In this document: positions 1 through 6,433 of the stretch, piece by piece
Layout of the letters: every line of letters begins with the position of its first letter
How positions within the stretch are numbered: the stretch's first letter is position 1
Source of the DNA: Octopus sinensis
Lineage: Eukaryota
Length of the DNA stretch: 10,920 nt
Direction of reading: 5' to 3'
NCBI RefSeq assembly: GCF_006345805.1
Contig: NW_021827235.1
Span: 1-10,920, forward strand
The notes under the pieces: model-generated
Databases searched by the model: none
The model's input: the letters and a program-made list of their open reading frames with translations, nothing else
Told to the model about the DNA's origin: nothing
Program-made: the position numbers and the translations under genes

Positions 1-76
1 TATTCGGTTTCATCTCTCTGCACCCGGTTTGTTGGTGATGGTGTTTCTGTTTCCACTGAAGTTTGGAAGGCTTCCC

Positions 77-77
<1 letters not shown>

Positions 78-131
<54 letters not shown>

Positions 132-172
132 TTATGATTATCGTTATTATTATTATCCTTATTATTATTATA
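78..172. repeat. (ATT)n microsatellite
   Basis: Near-perfect ATT run decaying at the right end. Confidence 0.95.
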
Positions 173-324
173 TAGGGTAAAAATGTTCCCGCTTCTTCTA
201 ATCTCTCTCTCCGTCATTCTCTTTCAAAATTTGCCCTTCACTCACCGTTATGTTTTTGTGCAAAATGTGAAATTTCGGAGATACTGATAAGGCATTCCAC
301 AGGAAAACAAACAGACGACGCGCG

Positions 325-337
325 CACACACACACAC

Positions 338-386
<49 letters not shown>

Positions 387-408
387 CACACATACAAACA
401 CACACACA
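325..408. repeat. (CA)n microsatellite
   Basis: Direct inspection; it explains the CVCV ORFs. Confidence 0.95.
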
Positions 409-638
409 TATGTATTAGCATATTTACTGATAGAGCTATACCACTCAACTCTGCTGTATATTTCAACTCATCACGTGAAGTAGTGACCTACATTTATCCA
501 ACCGGCAAATTATGAGAGACGTGTGAATAAGCAACACAAACAAACACAAGCATAGCAGCAGAAATGCACTCATCTGGACTTATCTACCAATATCTCTCTC
601 TCGCTTTCCCTCTATCTGTCTATCTGTCTATTTAGCTA

Positions 639-639
639 C

Positions 640-670
<31 letters not shown>

Positions 671-693
671 CTCATATATATAGATATATTACC

Positions 694-732
<39 letters not shown>

Positions 733-780
733 ATAATATATATATAATATATATATATTATATATATATATATATATATA

Positions 781-818
<38 letters not shown>
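639..818. repeat. Compound (CT)n/(TA)n microsatellite
   Basis: Direct inspection. Confidence 0.95.
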
Positions 819-821
<3 letters not shown>

Positions 822-822
<1 letters not shown>

Positions 823-957
823 AGTGGCCTTGTGGTAAAGTAGCTTGCTTACCAACCATATGGTTCCGGGTTCAGTTCCACTGCGTGGCACCTTGGGAAG
901 TGACTTTTACTTTAGCCACCGGCCAACCAAAGCCGAGTGAGTAGATTTGGTAGACGG
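822..957 (+). mobile_element. tRNA-derived SINE, family A (CORE-like), 5' part only
   Basis: A-box-like gagtggccttgtgg, B-box-like ggttccgggttcagttcc, and CORE-like ggcaccttgggaagtgactt. Homologous to 2201-2546 and 10753-10920. Confidence 0.88.
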
Positions 958-1481
958 TGTGTGTGTGTGCTTACGATAATTCGATAGTACGAGATAATTT
1001 ATAACATGCGACAGAAAACTCCTCTTTGTTTCACACTATGCAATCTTTTGCCGCATCCGGTAGTTGACACATTTTCCTCTCCTTTCACCATAAAATTGTT
1101 CTACTGCTGACATTTCGATGTAAGGAGATACTTTCAAAAGATGCCCCCCCCCCATTATTATAACAAGATATAAACATCAGTTTAACCAGGACAGAGAACT
1201 CAAAGAACAATATAGAGGGGGAGAGTAAAAAAATGAAACATAGAAAATAAAATTATAAAAAGCACACAATATTAAAGGCACTTGAAAAATTTCAAGTGAA
1301 CACCCCTCTTTCTCTGTCTCAGTGCCTACCTACTCCACATCTTCTTATTTCTCTGTCTCTCTTTCCTTCTTTACTTATCTAACTCCTATATTTCCCCATC
1401 CCTCTTGTTGGCTTATCATAAAAAAAAGAAGGAGTAAGGTGATTCGCTTGCTATGAAAATCATTATTACGTAGAACCCCTA

Positions 1482-1607
1482 CCGAGGTTTACTTTGCCTT
1501 TCATCCTTTCAGGGTCGATTAAATAAGTACCACTTACGCTCAGGGGTCGATGCAATCGACTTACTCTCCTTCCCCAAGCTGTCCTTGCGGCAAAAATTTG
1601 AAACCAT
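1482..1607 (+). mobile_element. Degenerate family B SINE core with an alternative 3' tail
   Basis: ccgaggtttactttgcctttcatcctttcagggtcgattaaataagtacc...ggggtcgatgcaatcgact, followed by the tail ...ccttgcggcaaaaatttgaaacca. Confidence 0.8.
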
Positions 1608-1624
1608 GATTACGTAGGAGCCCT

Positions 1625-1762
1625 AAGGCGGCGAGCTGATAGAATCGCTAGCACGCCGAGCAAAATGCTTGGCGGCATTTCGTTCGACTCTTTACGTTCT
1701 GAGTTTAAATTCCGCCCCGGTCGACTTTGCCTTTCATCCTTTCGGGGTCGATAAATTAAGTA
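1625..1762 (+). mobile_element. Family B SINE, 3'-truncated
   Basis: Head aaggcggcgagctgatagaa, then the core through ggggtcgataaattaagta, where similarity stops abruptly. Confidence 0.88.
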
Positions 1763-2200
1763 TTCGTTGTTTTTTGTTGTGTGCTCGAAATGGGGCTCCG
1801 TACCCTGCTCTCCTCCACGTTCGCTTTCCCCTTTTGGAAACAATTTGCAATGCTTCGACTTGTTCTTCTCTCTCCAAGTCGTTCTCAAGGGAATCGGTGA
1901 AAGACGATGAGGTTTGGTCAACATTTGCGAGATCTGAGTCATCACCGTTGTTTTTGTTGGTATATGGAGCAGAGAGATCGGGAAAAGCTTGCTCTTCTGT
2001 GGGAGCGGACAACAAAATTTTCTCGTGTTGGTTTTTGCGTAAGACTCCTCAATTGCTGTACACATTGTTCATGTAGATGCGGTTGTGGTGTTACAGGGAT
2101 AAATTCATGAAAACATAAATATATATGTACACACATATATATATATATACACACACACAAACGCACATATGATGTACAAGTATATAGTTACGTATATGTG

Positions 2201-2546
2201 CCACTGCGTGGCACCTTCGGCAAGTGTCTTCTATTATAGCCTCGGGCCGACCAACGCCTTGTGAGTGGATTTGGTAGACGGAAACTGTAAGAAGCCCGTC
2301 GTATATATGTATTTATATGTATGTGTATGTTTGTGTGTCTGTATTTGTCCTCCCTACCATCGCTTGACAACCGATGCTGGTGTGTTTACGTCCCCGTCAC
2401 TTAGCGGTTCGGCAAAAGAGACCGATAGAATAAGTACTGGGCTTACAAAGAATAAGTCCCGGGGTCGATTTGTTCGACTAAAGGCGATGCTCCAGCATGG
2501 CCGCAGTCAAATGACTGAAACAAGTAAAAGAGTAAAGAGTAAAGAG
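2201..2546 (+). mobile_element. Family A SINE, 5'-truncated with complete 3' end
   Basis: Starts at ccactgcgtggcacc, contains an internal TA/TG microsatellite, and ends in a short tandem (agtaaag)n tail. Confidence 0.92.
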
Positions 2547-2742
2547 ATATATATGTGTGTGTGTGTGTATGCAAATATATATATATATATATATATATCT
2601 ATATATATATATATATCTATATATATATATACACATAGAATAGAACGAGCATCCCGAAGTGCAAGAATATACATACATACATACATACATACATACATAC
2701 ATACACACATATATATAATATAATATATATATACATATATAT
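2547..2742. repeat. Compound (TG)n/(TA)n/(TACA)n microsatellite
   Basis: Direct inspection; begins immediately after the family A SINE tail. Confidence 0.93.
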
Positions 2743-3415
2743 AAAGAGAAGAAAGGATAAGTCAAAATACAAATAAACAAGTTTCAATAACCTGGTTATT
2801 TATTATAAATTCAAAGCATGATTACATAACATGTCGCATAGCATTACATAAACCCGCATTGATGCATGACCGACCTACCTCTTCAGGAGATATTTAGCCG
2901 CCATTCGGCGAAATGCAATCAATTTTAAAGTATAAAGAAATCTATAAGCAAATTCAATAAAAATAGACAATTTCACACTGGGACAAAACTATTATAGCTT
3001 GCACTCAATCAAACACGAAATAATCCAAAGGCAACTAAATCAACGAACATCCATGCTCCAAGGGGTGTTGTGAATAGCCATGTCTGCTTATCAGATGTTG
3101 CATTTTACTGTCAAGAGTATTTTGTGATGGACAGACGACATCTTGCAGTAGACAATACAACTCACATCATTTAGAATCTGCTGTTTGCTAGAACAAACGT
3201 CACATTAAAATGTGCCGCTAACGCCTAACTGCAAGATGCTCTTAGTATATATATATATATATAATACTTTTTTTCGAACAACGAAAGAAACAAACAGAGA
3301 AACGAGACATACAACTCTGTTTTTGTCGTTGTTGGAAAAAAAGTTCGTTTTCTATGTTTTTGTTTTTATGTTTTCGTTTCTCATTGTGTTCAACGTTTTT
3401 TTTTGTCCTGTACCC

Positions 3416-3537
3416 ATATATGCATGTATATATGCATATATATGTAGGTATGTACATATATGTATGTATATATGCATATATTTATATATTATTTATATCA
3501 TTATATGATCGAACGCCACGCATCCTTTCCTAGTAAG

Positions 3538-3593
<56 letters not shown>

Positions 3594-3604
3594 AGATATA
3601 TATA

Positions 3605-3666
<62 letters not shown>

Positions 3667-3682
3667 ATTATATATCTATATG

Positions 3683-3716
<34 letters not shown>
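3416..3716. repeat. (TA)n-rich microsatellite region (3416-3500 and 3538-3716)
   Basis: Direct inspection. Confidence 0.93.
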
Positions 3717-4014
3717 TAATGAAAACTGAAGGATACTTCGTTTCTAATCATTTCTTGATTAATGTCATTATTACATATAATCTTTCTGCGTAAAGTATTT
3801 TGCAGAAATTATATTCAAAGCGTTATTATAGAACTGCAATATATCACAAGAGAACTAATCAACAGTTACCAGCTTGTTTACAGCATGTTTTGCAAGATTT
3901 GTTATATCGAATAATGATGAAACAATTGTAAACAGAGAATCAAATTTTTCATATTTGTCATTACTTATATTCTATGTATAAGCTTAGAGTATATATATGT
4001 GAAGTCTCTTCCAT

Positions 4015-4020
4015 TTTATT
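4015..4020 (-). promoter_or_regulatory. Candidate polyadenylation signal AATAAA
   Basis: tttatt on the plus strand, 42 nt past the stop codon. Another copy lies at 2799-2804. The sequence is AT-rich, so chance occurrence is possible. Confidence 0.35.
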
Positions 4021-4061
4021 CTTATATATACGCAAATAAGTAATAATGCACGCTTAGTCCC

Positions 4062-4391
4062 CTAATACGAGGTAACAGAAAAGAGACTTATTGTAGAGAT
4101 AATAAAAACAATCAAAAACAAAATAAACAGGATGCGATCGATGACCATCGCCAACTGCTGCCATTCGGCAAGTATTTCTTGGCGAGCATCCAGGATGCTA
4201 TCTCGCTGTGCCAAAGATTGCATGTGTTTGTTGATTTTGTCCATATTTCCGCCGGATGTCTGTGGAGGCTTTTCCTCATTTACTCCAACGACGACGTCTT
4301 TTCCGCGCATGCTCATTGCCTCTTGCTCGTCAGTCGGTCGGTAAGTATCGTCTCCAAGACAAACCAACCTACGTAATCCTTTCAGGAATAT
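4062..4391 (-). CDS. Terminal coding exon: MX helix, cytoplasmic loop, MA helix, M4 and stop
   Basis: Acceptor ctctcaatctctccctctag|ATA, phase 0. Reads [13 protein letters not shown]...[34 protein letters not shown], matching the nAChR EWxxxAxVxDR-M4 motif. TAG at 4064-4062. Confidence 0.95.
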   Translation of the reverse strand: MFLKGLRRLVCLGDDTYRPTDEQEAMSMRGKDVVVGVNEEKPPQTSGGNMDKINKHMQSLAQRDSILDARQEILAEWQQLAMVIDRILFILFLIVFIISTISLFSVTSY

Positions 4392-4677
4392 CTAGAGGGA
4401 GAGATTGAGAGGATGTGAGCTTAAGAGAAAGGGAAGTAGAGAGAGGTAGAGAAGGAAAGAGAAAATAGAAATAGAGGAAGAAATTGTAATATAATATTAA
4501 ATATAGATATGAATATAGAGAGAGAGGAACAATAAGTTACTGAAACATTTCCACAATGATTTTGCACAAAATATAATGGAAACTAGAAAACAGGCATCCA
4601 CTGTGCTTACATATACGTTGTCATACACACACACATATACACACTAATATATATCTACACACACATACATATGTGTA

Positions 4678-4711
<34 letters not shown>

Positions 4712-4898
4712 TGTGTGTAAGTATGTATCTGCTAAAGAAACCGGTTTGTCTTACCGTTCGCAATATCTGCGGCATCTTCTTTCTTCTTGGTCCTCTGTTG
4801 TAAATGTTCAGGATGAATATTGACAGAATCACAGACAAAACAACCAAGATCAACGTAAGCACGTGGTACTTCACTGAAAAAAAAATACAGGAAGTCAG

Positions 4899-4935
<37 letters not shown>

Positions 4936-5008
4936 TCTGTTTTATATAGCACATGTAATTCCTACTAAATGCGTTGAGTACCCTTTCCTTTCGCTTCTCC
5001 ACTAACTC

Positions 5009-5069
<61 letters not shown>

Positions 5070-5163
5070 GTATATATATATACGTATGTATATATATATG
5101 TAAGTATGTATGAATATTTATGTATATATATATATATATATGTATATCATCTATCTATCTATT

Positions 5164-5231
<68 letters not shown>

Positions 5232-5238
5232 TAGGCAG

Positions 5239-5301
<63 letters not shown>

Positions 5302-6400
5302 GTGATTGATTGATTGATTGATTGATTGATATGTATGTATGTATGTTTATGCGCGTTTGTGTGTGTGTGTGTGTATGTGTATCTGTGTACGATCAGAAAC
5401 TTATGAGTGTTTTCGGTGACGATATATCACCTAGACCTGTTTAACCTACGGTTATAATACAAAGCAAAATAAGCCCATATATGTGCGCATGCGTGTACAA
5501 ATGCACATACATGTATACCAACCCTAAGAGCAAACAACAATACACCGCTCATACATTATCGACCACGCACACTCACAAACACACACGCACAAATATTCCC
5601 ACAAGACAAGAAAGCAAAGCCAAATTCCATACCCCTCATCCTTCCCACGAAAAATATGGTCTTGTTGCATCCACAGTAAATATACACTCAAATATACCAC
5701 AACAGATAAATAAATAACAGATGATTATTCATTGTAACAATAATACAACACGCGAACAGTATTCCATCACAAAAGCATAATTCAGTGTAAGCATGTGTAT
5801 CTGCAAGAAATAAAACCGAAAAGCATACAGCTGAATAAAGACACAGGCGCGTTAAAACTGTGAATACACTATCAATACCGAGTTGTTACGGTTCTGGCCT
5901 GAAGATCTCATTGGCATGAAACTCGAATTGCGAAACAAACTCTTAGTTTCAGTTTCAATGTTAAAAAAAAAAACACCCAGCATCGCCACCATCATTTTCG
6001 TCATTGTAATCGTCCTCATCAATAACAATAGCAGTGCAACTACCACCATCAACATCCTTCTCATCCTCCTCACCACCACCACCACCACCACCACCACCAC
6101 CACCACCACCACCATCATCATTATCATCATCATCATTATCATCATCATCATCATCATCATTATCATTATCATCATCACCAACATGTTCATTATTGTCATA
6201 GTTATACTTACAAATATTCGGGATACTCGCATAGCTTTTCTCTATACTGCTAGTAATGACGTTAATCTGTATGACATTTATTACCACGAGGGCGATTCCT
6301 AGAAAAGAGAGAGAGAGAGAGATACAAAGCGAATGAGCGAGAGAGGAGAGAGAGAGAGAGAGAGAGAAATGTTGAAATTATTAAAGCGGGTCGTAGAAAC

Positions 6401-6433
<33 letters not shown>

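Noticed and set aside
198-520. Possible small minus-strand exons (AACG|gtgagt near 245; TCA|gtaaat near 420) of another gene
   Set aside because: The putative exons are 38-60 nt with no recognisable protein motif and only modest acceptors, and the surrounding ORFs are CA-repeat artefacts.
1610-2076. Overlapping 135-151 aa ORFs as independent genes
   Set aside because: They run through SINE sequence, rely on non-ATG or internal starts, and show no domain signature. Only the acidic/basic minus frame is kept as a low-interest finding.
5688-5815. Strong acceptor-like ttttatttcttgcag (AG at 5802-5801) followed in the correct phase by 37 open, hydrophobic, Cys-rich codons ([37 protein letters not shown]), as a possible alternative terminal exon after M2
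   Set aside because: No similarity to M3 or any motif I recognise. AT-rich DNA readily yields short hydrophobic frames. It would need an RNA-seq junction from 6212 to 5800.
5852-6302. Poly-T/I and poly-M/V ORFs (5883-6302 plus; 5852-6232 minus)
   Set aside because: Produced by the stop-free (CAC)n/(CAT)n tract. Only the frame containing the 87-bp exon has splice and homology support.
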